A DNA stretch of 64,000 nt from the NCBI RefSeq assembly GCF_009914755.1, contig NC_060930.1. The stretch is one strand, 5' to 3'. A program made the position numbers and the translations under genes. Below the pieces are notes generated by a model. That model saw nothing but the letters and a program-made list of their open reading frames with translations, ran no database searches and was not told the DNA's origin. Within the stretch, counting starts at the first letter, position 1. The number at the start of each line of letters is the position of its first letter. Below are positions 12,510 through 24,619 of the stretch, piece by piece. This stretch comes from the human T2T-CHM13v2.0 reference genome, Homo sapiens.

Positions 12510-12790
12510 ATATTGATATAGAATATTATTCAGTTATTAAAATAATAGCAGGAGAAGTTTTTAATCACAGCATAAATTTTTTGACACATTGAATAAAAGA
12601 AGAGAATGTCAAATTATCTATGAAATGAGATCTCAGTTTTAGAGGAAAATTTATATCTGTACTGATATACAGTAAAACATCATCAAGAATGTTTATCTCT
12701 GAATTGTGGAATTATGTATGATTTTCATTTATTTTATACCTTTAGTATGTCCCAAGTTTTCTACAATGAGCATTTAGTACTTCCATGATC
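12510..12790 (+). mobile_element. L1ME-type 3' fragment
   Basis: tttatctctgaattgtggaattatgtatgattttcattt...aagttttctacaatgagcat. Confidence 0.6.
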
Positions 12791-12821
12791 ACACAAAGAA
12801 ATTTTTCAATGCCAAGAAATG

Positions 12822-12973
12822 TAAAAACTTCTAGACTCGGTTCTACCATCAATAAGCTAAGTGACCTATGGGACGTCGCTTCATCTTACAGAGTCTCAGC
12901 TTTCTTATCCGTAAAATGAGAAAATTGAACTAGATCACCTCCTAAGGTCACTTTCACTTCTATAATTTTATGA
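12822..12973 (+). mobile_element. MIR3/MIRc-type SINE
   Basis: gagtctcagctttcttatccgtaaaatgagaaaattgaactagatcacctcctaaggtcactttcacttcta. Confidence 0.75.
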
Positions 12974-13995
12974 ATCAATAATGTACTATTAACACTATTA
13001 TATCCAAAGAAAACAAAGACTAATTGAAGCAATTGTAGCAACAAAAGTTATGACATATGGATTAAGCCTAGTAGGTATTTTTTTAAAACTACAAATGACT
13101 GGCCATTATTCTCTATGAATTAATATCTTATCCTGTTTATGATACTAAATTCTCAAAACCATTTCAAAGATAATATTCAATATTTCTTTAATAATAGCCC
13201 TGTAAGTTTTGCAGGACACAGTCACCCAAGCTGAGTGATGCTGAATAAGGCCAGAGCTGGGGTCACAGTCCTTTCCTGGTCCCTAACCACCCACAGGTCT
13301 TTTCTCACTCTGTGAGTCTCTCCTGAGCTGTCCTTGTCCCTTATTCTAATTCCATCAGGTGTGTGTTGCAGTTTTATTGAGCCATTTTCAGAGCCAATTA
13401 ATCAGAAAACACTGTTTTTCCATGATTTGGGGGATTCCTCTAGTAATGACTTTGCAGCCATAATCAAGAAATATGTTAAGCCTTATGTCAATTAACTTAA
13501 CTGATGTGAAAACTTGACTGGTCCAGGGAGCAATGGATTTCCCCAGCTGCACCTTATCAGAGAACAGCTTAGTGTGAAGGAGAGAAGTTATGCTGAAGCC
13601 AGAGCTGTAAACGTGCCAGGAAAATTAGCACAAGCTCCAAGTACAGAGGGTGAAGAAGAAAACTTGCTTAGCCCATGTATGGGTGTTGCTTAAACAGTTA
13701 TGAATTATTTTAAAATCTTTCATTGATGGGATGAATAGTCGCATACATTTTTGCCACATGTAAGTTTCTCCAAAGAATTGGGCCCACAAGAGAAATGGAG
13801 GAGGGGGGCCTACATGCAAGCAGATGAGGGGCATTTGCTTCCCCAAAAATATTCTTATATTTTTTATAATGTGCCTCATTAAAATATAAAACACTCAATT
13901 CAAAGCAAAAATTGAAATAGGATACTCCTGACTCTTCCCTTTCTTCCCTCTATTTCCTCATGATATAGTCTTAGCACTTCTTTTAAATGTTACAA

Positions 13996-14250
13996 TAGTG
14001 CTTCACAAACAATTTTTTTTGCCAGTCCGTCACAATGAATGTTTTTGAAAAATATAATAAAAACAAATTATCACAAAAGTGAAATAAGAAGATGAAAAAA
14101 CTAAGCACACTTTGTGGTTATTATATTCAACAGTCATGAAAATCACTCCACAATTTGCCATGAAAGTTTCTTAACATTTAACTCTGTACAAGTATTGTTG
14201 CAGAACAATAAGGCCACAACACGTACACAAGCACTTTGTCTTAGCACCAC
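13996..14250 (-). mobile_element. hAT-Charlie element (Charlie4a-like) fragment
   Basis: ttattatattcaacagtcatgaaaatcactcc.caatttgccatgaaagtttcttaac with a cactttg..tagcac terminus. Confidence 0.55.
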
Positions 14251-14934
14251 ATCAACAATTACCTGTAAAGCTTTATCTTGGCATTTTCCACTATGCAACT
14301 GTTGGTTTACACAGCCCCATTAGACTGGGAGTTCTGTAATGGGTAAGCCAGCAGTTAACACTTGGAGGCACTCAGTAAGTATTTATTGGATGAATAAGTC
14401 AATGAATAAGTGAAGCACAAAAGAGCATAAGCCTTTCTGCTCTTAACACCTACAGGCACCCTTCTTACATCAGGAAAGCTCCCATGCTCTCCTGATTCCT
14501 TTGCCCCAGATTCCAAGGGTACAGATGCTTTTCTCACCTTTGGTGGTAACTGCCACCTGCTTGTCCCAAAGAGCTTCTTTGTTTCCCTGTCTTCCCACAA
14601 AGGTGATAACAAAGATTTTTTTTACAGTTTAAGAGTATCAGTGCCAATCACTTTTCAGACAAAACAAGATAAAATGCAATAAATAAACACGGAGGAAGTT
14701 ATAAAAATTTCAACATAAAGCGCAGATCTATCGTCTTGTTTTCTGCTATTCAGAGCACTAAAGACACTGGGTTTTGTGTCTTTATCTGTGGGTTTCTCTA
14801 GTTTATCCATTTGATTTACTGAGTTTGTGTGAAAATATTGATTAAATCTTTTCTTAGAACCAGTTGAGAACCATTTGCTACTTTCCCCAGCTCTGATATT
14901 AACTTCTAATTTAAAAAAAAAAAAGAAGCGTGCA

Positions 14935-15506
14935 AGTATATTCGTTTTCTATTGCAGCTGTAACAAGGAACCATAAACTTAATGGTTTAAAACAACAAAA
15001 ATTTATTGTCTCACGACTTCTGTAGGTCAGAAGTCTAACACAGTCTCACTGAGCTGAAATTACAGTGTTAGCAGGGCTGCATTCTTTTCCAGAGGTTCTA
15101 GGAGAAATTTCATTTCATTAATATTCAGGTCATTGAAAGAATTCAGTTCTTTGAGGTTGTGTCACTGAGTCCTCATTTCCTTGCTATCAACTGAGGGCTG
15201 TTCCAAGCTTCTAGTGGCCACCAGGTCTCTCTGCTTGAGTCTTCCTCCATCCTGAAATCCAGCAACAGCTAGTGGAGATCTTCTCATGATGAATCTCTCT
15301 GACCCAAGCTGGGAAAGCGTCTCTGCTTTTAAGAGCTCCTGTGACTGAACACAGTCCATCTGTATAATCCAGAATAATTTCCCCATCTCAAGATCTGTAA
15401 CCTTTTTCATATCTGTGAAGTTCCTTTAGCTATGTCATGTAACAGGTTCGCAGGTTATAGGGACTAGGGGATGGACGTATTTGGGGACCTCACCCTGCCT
15501 ATCTCA
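14935..15506 (-). mobile_element. MLT1D/E-type MaLR solo LTR
   Basis: ttctattgcagctgtaacaa...aaacttaatggtttaaaacaacaaaaatttatt...tctgtaggtcagaagtc...ataatccagaataatttccccatctcaagatc. Confidence 0.85.
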
Positions 15507-15557
15507 ACAACAAATTTATAAATTTATTCTAGGGTAAAAAAGAAAATTATAAATGTA

Positions 15558-16979
15558 TGTTTTTAACTTTACATCATCCTTGGATAAGGTCCTAATCTTA
15601 TATGAGCACTCAGGACAAGGCTCTAAGAGATTTTATGGTGGAGTCACACTGTGTGCATCGTCATACTGGGAAAGGACTTTGTACTTTGTTTATTTTGTTC
15701 ATCTGGTCCTTTGGATTGTCCCCCACATGCTCTTTCAATCCCAGTGCACCCTCCAGATTTCTGTCATTGTCAACTTATGCCCCAATTCTCTGCATAAAAT
15801 TCTAAAATTGTAGATCAAAAATCCACACTATCATATTAAATCCCATTTATTTTGTTTGGCAAATCTGATTCTTCATAATTTGATCTCACCCTATTTTATA
15901 ACCCCATTTCCCACTATTTCCCCTTCATTTCCTATAATACACCAAAATACTTGCAAAATTCTGTGCCACTTATGCTTATCTTTGCACATGCTCTTCTTTC
16001 TGCTTGGATGGAACTTCCTTTCTGCTTGGATGAAATTTCTCTTTGGGGACATGTGATATAATTGAAATAGCATCAGCTTGGAAACCATTTTGATTTGTAT
16101 TTGACCTAGTCACTCTGACACTTACTAGGCCTGAGACTTTCAGAAGCTCCTTTGCCTGTGGTGCAAAATGGGATTATTAAAACCTACTTTGTAAGAATAT
16201 TTTGAGGCTTTGAAATAATACACATGAAAGCATATAACACAACGTCTGTCATATGATGGACATTTACTAAATGTTAGTTATTCTTTTGCCCTAGAGAACC
16301 TCATTTTTCCTCCAGGCTTAAGTTCACCACTTCTGTCACATTGCCCAGACCCATCAGGTAGAGTAAGATTCTCAACCTTGAGTCTTCCATAACTGTGTAT
16401 ATTTAGCACTATCACACTTTAGTGGGCAATGTCTATACCCACCTGTGTCCTCTAATACCTTATAAACTTCTTGAGTGAAAGAATGTCTTGTTTATCATTT
16501 TAGCCATAGCACCTGGCAAAGGTACAAATTAGTCATTCAAAAGTCTGGAGGAAGAGATGGATGGATGGATGGATGGATGGATGGATGGATGGATGGATGG
16601 ATATGAGATAAATGTAGAATCTAGCATAATAACTAACAAATAATACATATGCTTCATTTACTTTAAATATACCAATTGTGTAAGTATATCATTCTGGCTG
16701 TGTTGTTTTGTCTTTTTATCTCTTTGGCTGCCTTGTTCACTGAATAACTGTATGTTTACATTTTTATTCCTATAGTTATGTTAAATTCCTAAAAGGTTGT
16801 GTCTTTCATTTCTTTGCTACCTTCACTCAAGCAAAACATTTGCATTCTATACATTGTGACCCTTCGGTGCAGTTCAACAGAGTAATCTGTTTTTAACTTT
16901 GCACCATTCTTGGATAAGGTCCCAATCTTATATGAGCACTCAGGACAAGGCTCTAAGAGATTTTATGGTGGAATCACAC
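15558..16979 (+). repeat. 92-bp dispersed direct repeat (15558-15649 and 16888-16979; 5 mismatches)
   Basis: cttggataaggtcc[t/c]aatcttatatgagcactcaggacaaggctctaagagattttatggtgga[g/a]tcacac occurs twice, offset 1330 bp. Confidence 0.97.
15820..16602 (+). mobile_element. L2 fragments interrupted by a MIR (~16045-16285), ending in a (GGAT)n tail at ~16556-16602
   Basis: tctttgcacatgctcttctttctgcttgga and ataaacttcttgagtgaaagaatgtcttgtttatc..agcacctggca are L2 3' motifs; caaaatgggattattaaaacctact is MIR. Confidence 0.65.
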
Positions 16980-17184
16980 CATAAAATCTACCTAAAAAAC
17001 TAATATTTAGGGTTTCTGGATAGAGCAAGAGCTGCTTCTTAGAAAGCAAAATGATCACACAGGAAAGTTTCACCAGCCAACCTAAATACAGTAAGAAATA
17101 CTGTAGACTTTGTAGTGTCAAAACCACCTGTGTTTGCTCATTGGCCTTATGCAAAGTTAAAGTTAAATTTTTGGAATCTTCTTG

Positions 17185-17515
17185 AAAAGAGGTAGTTTTA
17201 CAACTTGGAGCAAGGCACCTAATGACGTTAGGCTCCTATCCTCCCATAGAAACTGGGAGATAGGGGCACTATCCTTCTTGATTATTACATTTCAGAGAAT
17301 GGTCTCTGGGTCCTTAAGAAAGACATTCCTTAGTTGTAAAACTGGCAAGAGGCCTTTAAAAAGATTTACTTCCCCAAAGGACAGAGAAATGATTTACAAA
17401 TACAGGTTTTGTAAAGTAAATGCTTAAAGAAAAGGGGTGTTAGGAGCCTAGAGTCAAGAAGCCTGCCTGTCTTAAAGTTTAGTCAACCAGAGGGGAATGC
17501 TAAGGTCCTCTTGGT
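17185..17515 (-). mobile_element. MER67-family (ERV1) LTR fragment
   Basis: Reverse complement reads ..gactaaacttt..gactctaggctcc..cttttctttaagcatttactttacaaaacctgtatttgtaaatcatttctctg.., as in MER67. Confidence 0.7.
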
Positions 17516-17752
17516 GAGGAGGAACCTAAGTGTATATTTCTGGATCAGAAAGGATGGGTTCCTGAGATGTCCCTTGAAAAATAGGGTAGTTACAGGAGAG
17601 GAAATTATTTAAAGGAATCAGTTTATCATAGTGCAGCTCAGCAGGTCTATTCATTAGCAAATTGCACTGAACTAGCCCGTGGCTGTAGTAGAGTAGGTAT
17701 ACCTCCAAATCCTTATGTATTAAGGAAATTTACATTAAAAGACAGAGATTTA

Positions 17753-17870
17753 GGCCAGGCACCATGGCTCACCCCTATAATCCTAACACTTTAGGAGGCT
17801 AAGGCAGGAGGATTGCTTGAGCCCAGGAGTTGGAGACCAACCTGGGTAACATAGTGAGACCCCATCTCAA

Positions 17871-17909
<39 letters not shown>

Positions 17910-18066
17910 ATACCTGTAGTCCCAACTGTGTGGGAAGTTGAGATGATGGGAGGAACTCTTGGTCCTGGGAAATTGAGGCTGCAGTGAGCTGTGGTTGCAC
18001 TGCTGCACTCTAGCCTGGGTGACAGAGCAAGACTCTGTCTCAAGCAATCAACCAACCAAACAAAAA
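17753..18066 (+). mobile_element. AluJ with the central linker expanded to (TAAA)n
   Basis: ggccaggcaccatggctcac...ggaggattgcttgagcccaggagtt (J-diagnostic); (TAAA)n at ~17869-17912; degenerate TSD aaaa..cagagat. Confidence 0.92.
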
Positions 18067-19769
18067 CCCAGAGATCTCAATCTGGTTTCATACAATATAT
18101 ATGTACAAGTGTCTGTATTTCAGAAAGTATTACTGCTTTAGAAAATGCCTAGCTTTACTTTTTATTTCACATTTTACTAACAATTAAAAGGCAGTGGAGG
18201 TTACAACCCCACATCATGGCCCGTGCTATCCCTTCCTTACAATTCTGTCAGAAGGGGGTGACTTAGAAAGAAAAGCTTACATATTGCTCTTGGTGGAGCA
18301 CTGTGATTAATCTCAGACATTCTCCAGAATAATTTTAAAATCATAATATTTTAGATATGTTTCTTCCTTTACCCTTCACATTTATCCAAAGCTCTTGGTT
18401 CTGCAATTCCCTAAAACATACTTTAGGCATTAAGTAAAAAGTGAGAAGTAACGAGAGTAACATTATTCGCTTCTCTTCTTCCTAGGGTATCTTATTTTCT
18501 TCAAGCTTTCTTTCTTCCTTCTTACTCCTATCCCATCTTTGTTATTTCCTCTATTCTGAACATGATCAAACTTTCTGGTTATCAAAATGTATATGTGGGT
18601 ATGTGTGTGTGTGTGTGTGTGTATACATGCCTGCATGTTTGGGGAGTGTAAGCATTTACAATAAGCAGCTAATTTCACAGGATGACAGTCCCACAATTAT
18701 CTGGTTATTATTTGTAACCAGGTAACTTGGCTAGACTTGTGGGTAGGTCAGCAGAGCTCATAGGCACACTTCTATGCTCATTATACAAAGATGGTTAAAC
18801 AAAGAATGTATATCTAAGTATGCATCCAATGTAGGAAGAAATGAATTCTGCTTGTGAAATGAATGAATTCTATTTTTGAAATACATCGTATTTATGAAAT
18901 TATGCTTGTGAAATGAATCTGACATATATACAGAAAATATTTCAAATGCCTCATAGACTACACATCAACAAAAGGAACAAAAGAAATCCAAATTTTGTAT
19001 TATTCTTCCCTCTCTTTCTTGTCCTCTTGGCTCTTCATGCTTGTGTTCAGGCATAATTTTTAAACACTTTTCTTAAGCCAGTTTTCACTGAAGAGGTCAG
19101 GTGAGGTTAGGTTCTTTACGGTAAGTCACACTTTATCAGTGTGAAATTCTGTTGTACTTGTCATTTCTCAGTTAATTAAGCCAGATATCTCCTTAGAGAT
19201 CTTTTTCATATGAAATTGGAAACTGGCTTCATGTTAGTGATTGTACCAAAATGGGCTTTAAAATGTAAAAGTCTCTAATCCTCTTTTAGAAGGGCAAGTG
19301 TTTCATGTCACCTTGTCTGCAGAGCAAAATCTCTTTCTGAATGAAAGATGCAGCTTTGCAAAACTGCACACTATGATTATAAATCAACCAGTACAATAAC
19401 AGTACTGCAGACAAAACCTCCTAAGATAATCTCTTTAGCATAAAATTGTATTCAGCAAGATGAAAATCCTAACAAGATTGTGATTTCTGTCGGTTTAGCT
19501 TTTTACGCATGCCATTTACACTAAGATTCTTTTTTCATACTCATATTACCAGTTCACCTGGAGAAAAATGGCTTATTATATAATCAGGGTTCATATGCAT
19601 GGACCACAATGGGCATGAAGCATATGAGGATTTATATCAAGAGTCAAAATTCTTAACAGATTGGCAGTTGCTCAAAGAAAGGAAATAAAAGTGATTAGAT
19701 GGCCACGATTGCTCCTGAATTCAGAATAAAGGAACTGAGGTGCACAGCTGGACTACATCACACCAGGAA

Positions 19770-20095
19770 AGAATGAGGAGTCTCTGAAGAGTGTGACTTC
19801 AGAGGAGAAGCTGGAATTGTTTATTGTTGCCCCAGGGAGGTGTAATTGGGGTTAATGGGATAAAATTAAGCACAGAAAAATTCATGATGTCTATCAGGAA
19901 ATACTCCCTAATAAAGAGGTCTTTTATAAAATTGTCCCAATGGAAGGATTAGAAGTCCTTTTGTTTGAGTGATTCAAACTTTACGTGGGGAAATATATGG
20001 AAAAATAGGCTGCAAAAGACAATCTCATACAAGTCCTCAAGGGATGAATTACGTAGAACAATCAGATCTTTCTTGGCTTTAATTTTCATGAGTCT
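19770..20095 (+). mobile_element. CR1/L3-type ancient LINE 3' end
   Basis: aatgggataaaattaagcacagaaaaattcatgatgtctatcaggaaatactccctaat resembles the CR1 RT C-terminus and 3' UTR. Confidence 0.6.
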
Positions 20096-20492
20096 ATTTT
20101 AGTAAGCTCCTTAAAGAGTCAATTTTCAAAGCGCTTGTTGAATCCCTTCTGCATTGCACCTGCATTAGTAGCAGGTTCCAAAGAACTGAGTTTGCAATTG
20201 TGTACTATGACGATTGAGACTCTTACCTGAGAACCTGGAAACCTGAAGTCATTTGCAATGACTTCAGCTGGTATTTATGGATGTAAACATAGTTTATGTA
20301 AAACTCAGTATAGTAAATAAAGTTCTGAAGAATGCTAACAGCAAACTGAACTAATTGGTACACTGAATTCCTTGTCTTATTTGAGTTCATCACATCCTTT
20401 AATTAATTAAATTAGACTTTATTGAGAATCTTCTATCTGCTGGTCGTTGAGTAAATGCTGGGGTTAACATGAAATGTTAACATTTTCATGTT

Positions 20493-21940
20493 AACCCCAT
20501 AAAAAAGCAGGCAAACGACATGAACACTTTTTTTTCCATATGATTGTTGGCCACATGAAAAGACGTATATGTGGCCAACAATTATGTGGAAAACAAGTTC
20601 AACATCACTTATCATTAGAGGAATGCAAATCAAAGCTACAATGAGATACCATCTCACACCAGTCAGAATGGCTATTACTAAAAGTTCAAAAAATAACAGA
20701 TGCTGGAGCGGCTGTGGAGAAAAAAGAAGGCTTATACACTTGGTGGGAGTGCAAATTAATTCAATCATTGTGGAAGACAGTGTGGCGATTCCTCAAAGAC
20801 CTAAAGACAGAAATACTATTCAATCCAGCAAGCCCATTACTGAGTATACACCCAAAGGAATATAAATCATTCTATCAGAAACACACATATACACATATGT
20901 TCATTGCAACACTAGTCACAATAGCAAAGACATGGAATCAACCTAAATGCCCATCAATGATAGAGTGGAGAAAGAAAATGTGGTACATTCACTGTTATAG
21001 TTAAGATTCTCCAGAGGGACAGAACTAATAGGATATATGTATAAATGAAAGGGAATTTATTAGGGAGAATTGGCTCAAAGGATCACAAGGCGAAATCCCA
21101 TGATAGGCTGTCTGCAAGCTGGGGAAGAAAGAAGCCAGTAGTGGCTCAGTCCAGGTCCAAAAACCTCAAAAGCAGGGAAGCCAACAGTGCGGCCTTCGGA
21201 CTGTAGCTGAAGGCCTGAGAGCCCCACGCAAAGCACTTGAGTCCAAAGGCTGAAGAACCTGGAGTCTGATGTCCAAAGGCAGGAGGAACAGAAGGAGACA
21301 TCCAATATGGGAGAAAGATGAAAGCCAAAGGACTCAGCAAGCCAGCTTATCCCACCTTCTTCCACCAGCTTTGTTCTAGCCATACTGGCAGCTGATTGAA
21401 TGGTGCCCAACCACGTTGAGGGTGGGTCTTCCTCTCCCAGTCCATGGACTCAAATGTCAATCTTGTCTGGCAACACCCTCATAGACATACCCAGAAACAA
21501 CACTTTACCAACTATCTAGGCATCCTTCAGTCCAATCAAGTTGACATCTAATATTAACCATCACATGTACCATGGAATACTATGCAGCCATAAAAAAGAA
21601 TGAGATTATGTCCTCTGCAGGGACATGGATGGAGCTGGAGGCCATTATCCTTAGTAAACTAACACAGGAACAGCAAATCAAATACCGCATTTGCTCACTT
21701 ATAAGTGGGAACTAAGTGATGAGAACACATGGACACACAGAGGGGAACAACACACACTTGTGCCTACCAGAGGGTGGAAGTCAGGAGAAGGGGGAGTAAC
21801 AGAAAAAATAACTAATGGGCACTAGGCCTAATGACACCTGGGTGATGAAATAATCTGTATGACAAACTCCCATGACACAAGTTGACCTATGTAACAAACC
21901 TGCATATGTACCCCTGAACTTAAAATAATAGTTTAAAAAA
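20493..21940 (+). mobile_element. 5'-truncated L1P (old L1PA13-16/L1PB-like): end of ORF2 plus 3' UTR, interrupted by MLT2A
   Basis: ORF remnants [18 protein letters not shown] and [23 protein letters not shown] are L1 ORF2 C-terminus; 3' end aacaaacctgcatatgtacccctgaacttaaaata. Confidence 0.93.
20993..21565 (-). mobile_element. MLT2A (HERV-L) solo LTR nested in L1
   Basis: ttctccagagggacagaactaataggata...cagtccaatcaagttgacatctaatattaaccatcaca; L1 resumes at catggaatac. Confidence 0.92.
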
Positions 21941-22014
21941 TTTTTTAAACATTTTTAAATGAAAATGTTAAATTTGATATAATTTTCCATTCTCTTTTAA
22001 ATGCACTCTGGCTA

Positions 22015-22103
22015 AAGACTGTGTCTTTTCTACATTTTCATGCCTAGTACCTAACCCAATGTCTGGCACAGACAATACTTATTAAATGAATGAATGAATG
22101 AAT
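22015..22103 (+). mobile_element. L2 3' end with (TGAA)n tail
   Basis: cctagtacctaacccaatgtctggcacag...aatgaatgaatgaatgaatg. Confidence 0.8.
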
Positions 22104-22574
22104 GCTTAAGACTACCACATTTGGTATATTACCTTAGTTTCCATGAACTCATTTATGCCTGTCTTTCAGCATACTAATTACAAAGATATATTTTTACATA
22201 AATAAATAAATAAGCAAAATGAACAACGGTTTAGGTGCCTTGTCCAAGATCTTCTAACTTGTTTTATTCCAAAGTTTCTGGATAAAACGCCTTCCCAAAA
22301 AACTGGCTGCCTGAGGCCCCTTCCTCATCTCTAACTGAAAGTAAAGCAGTTGTTTAAAGAAAGTTTCCTTCTGCTTTCGACACTGGCCTTTTTAGACACA
22401 GGTGTGAACCCATTTCGTTTTTGTTTGTTTGTTTGTTTTGGAAGAGGGAGGAAAGATTAAGATCTTTCTATGACTTTCTTTACCCTTCCACTATGACCAG
22501 CCCTGCAAATGCCTAGACTCAAGATCGCTAATCTTCCACACTGCTGGATATTGAAAGAATATTTAAATAGGCAA

Positions 22575-22720
22575 GCTGGGCACAGTGACTTGTTTCTGTA
22601 ATCCAGAACTTTGGGAGGCCTAGGAGAAGGATCACTTGAGGCCAGGAGTTCAAGACCAGCCTGGGTGACATAGCAAGATCCCATCTCTATATAAATAAAC
22701 AAATGCAATTTTTAAAAAAA
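22575..22720 (+). mobile_element. Free left Alu monomer (FLAM_C/AluJ left arm)
   Basis: gctgggcacagtg...ggatcacttgaggccaggagttcaagaccagcctgggtgacatagcaagatcccatctcta plus an A-rich tail. Confidence 0.88.
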
Positions 22721-24287
22721 TAGAAAGAAGGCAACTTACAATGAAAAAAACTAGAAGCAAAATGAAGAAATTCATAGTAGAGTGGAAATATATCAGTAAT
22801 TGAACCAGGAGCTCTGGTGCTTTTTCAGACTATTGAAAACCCCTCCTTCCTCATCTTTATCTTTAGGTCTCTCATGTCATTAGTCTTCCTTCATGTTATA
22901 TATCATAGAAGCATTTTATTTCTTTAATCTGCAAAACATATTTAAGTGTTAGAAGACATTTGCTTTTATTTTAGTATTTAATATGGCTCTCATGTAGTTT
23001 TCAGTCTTTTTTTACAGGTTTTCCAAAATAAGTTATTTGCTTCATTTTAGTTTTTTCTACTTTACATCTAAGTTTTGTACAAAACCTGTAGGAAGCAAGT
23101 TTTAGTGACATTGCTAGAATTCTGTGTATTCATTTGTAATCTTTTCTTCTATTCCCCCACTGTCGCCCTTTTTATTAGCAAAGAGCAACTCTGCTGCTAT
23201 TAAACTGAAATTTTATGCTAAAGGACATTTTATCCCTTGCCAACTTTAAAATATGTATTTGAAACATCATTTATCTGTCCTCTGATGTGATCTTCCATTC
23301 ATTCTCTACATTTTTTCCCACATTTCCTTTTGTTGAACAGATATAGATTTGTTTGGTCATTGACAGGCATCATTTGCCTTGCTGTTATTTCTCTCTGCAC
23401 GCTTCAACATTCCTGTCACTCTCATATATTGATACATATTATTACTTACTGGATCCCTGTTCTCATTTTTTCCCAAATTTACTAGATGTGTGTACCTTGT
23501 GAAGGAGTCAAAAGTCACTTACATTTTATTCAACTAAACATGATCAGATATCAAACCAGATACCTGCACTTATGAAGTTGTGGTTCATCTGTGACAAGAG
23601 CACATATGACAGTGAAAAGATGTTTCATCTAAGTTTAGGCCAATTGATGCATGTCTGTAGAATTAAAACAGGCTTCTTTAAGATATGTGTTATGTTTTCC
23701 AAAGCAGCCAAACAGAACAGGCTGTAGTCATTAAAAGATAATTGTCCCAGTGGGGTGGAGCTTCCTGAGACATGTATGTTTGTGTAAGGTTGTCCAGAAA
23801 TGAGGCAATCTAATGAGTGACTTGTTATCTTTGAAATATAAAATATGCCAGGACACTAAATTAAATAGACCCAAATAGTCTTAAACAGAATGGGCTCAAA
23901 TAGGAAAGTCAATGTTATTGAGATTAAGAATAAATTAACTCCCACTTCAATATGTGTCAACACCATGTTTATTAAGTTTTTAACTAATAAGGTATGTCAC
24001 TTTATGAGATTCTCTTTATTGAGGGAAGATAGAAAAACAAGAGAACAAAGTTGTGAATACTTACAGTATCTGACTTCCTTTTTGTAGGCATTCCAGTTCA
24101 GTGAATTAAATTGACAAGAGAATGTTTGCATATTATCCCCAAGTTTCATTTGGGGATTATTTTCTTAATGTTTTGAGAGAAGACTCAGCTTTAGACTCCA
24201 GTTCTAACAACCTGAAATGCTATCAGCAGTCCCAGATCCCTCCCTCTACTGCACACTTGCCTCCCCCTTGACTTTCCTGTTACAAAC

Positions 24288-24619
24288 AGCTGTAGAACTC
24301 AATGTTTGCTTGTGTCTCCTCAAAACTCATATGTTAAAATCCTAACCCCCAGTGTGGTTAGGAGGTGGGGCCTGTTGGAGGTGATTAAAACCCTCATAAG
24401 AATATATTTTAGAAAGCTCTCTTGCCCCTTCCGCCCTGTGAGGGCACAGAGAGAAGACAGTCCTCTATGAGCCAGGAAGAGGACCCCACCAGACGCAGAA
24501 TCTGCCGGCACCTTAATCTTGGACTTCCCAGCCTGCATAACTGTGAGAAATAAGTGTCTGTTGCTAAATCTAGCCAGTCTATGGTATTTTTGCTATAGCA
24601 GCCTGAACAGACTAAGACA
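24288..24619 (+). mobile_element. MLT1A-type MaLR solo LTR
   Basis: caaaactcatatgttaaaatcctaacccccag...ttggacttcccagcc...gctatagcagcctgaacagactaagaca. Confidence 0.87.

Noticed and set aside
4568-16979. CRISPR-like or array interpretation of the direct repeats
   Set aside because: Only two copies each, no regular repeat-spacer pattern, and the DNA is mammalian.
20569-21004. L1 ORF2-like ORFs as an active element
   Set aside because: 5'-truncated, frameshifted and split by an MLT2A LTR.
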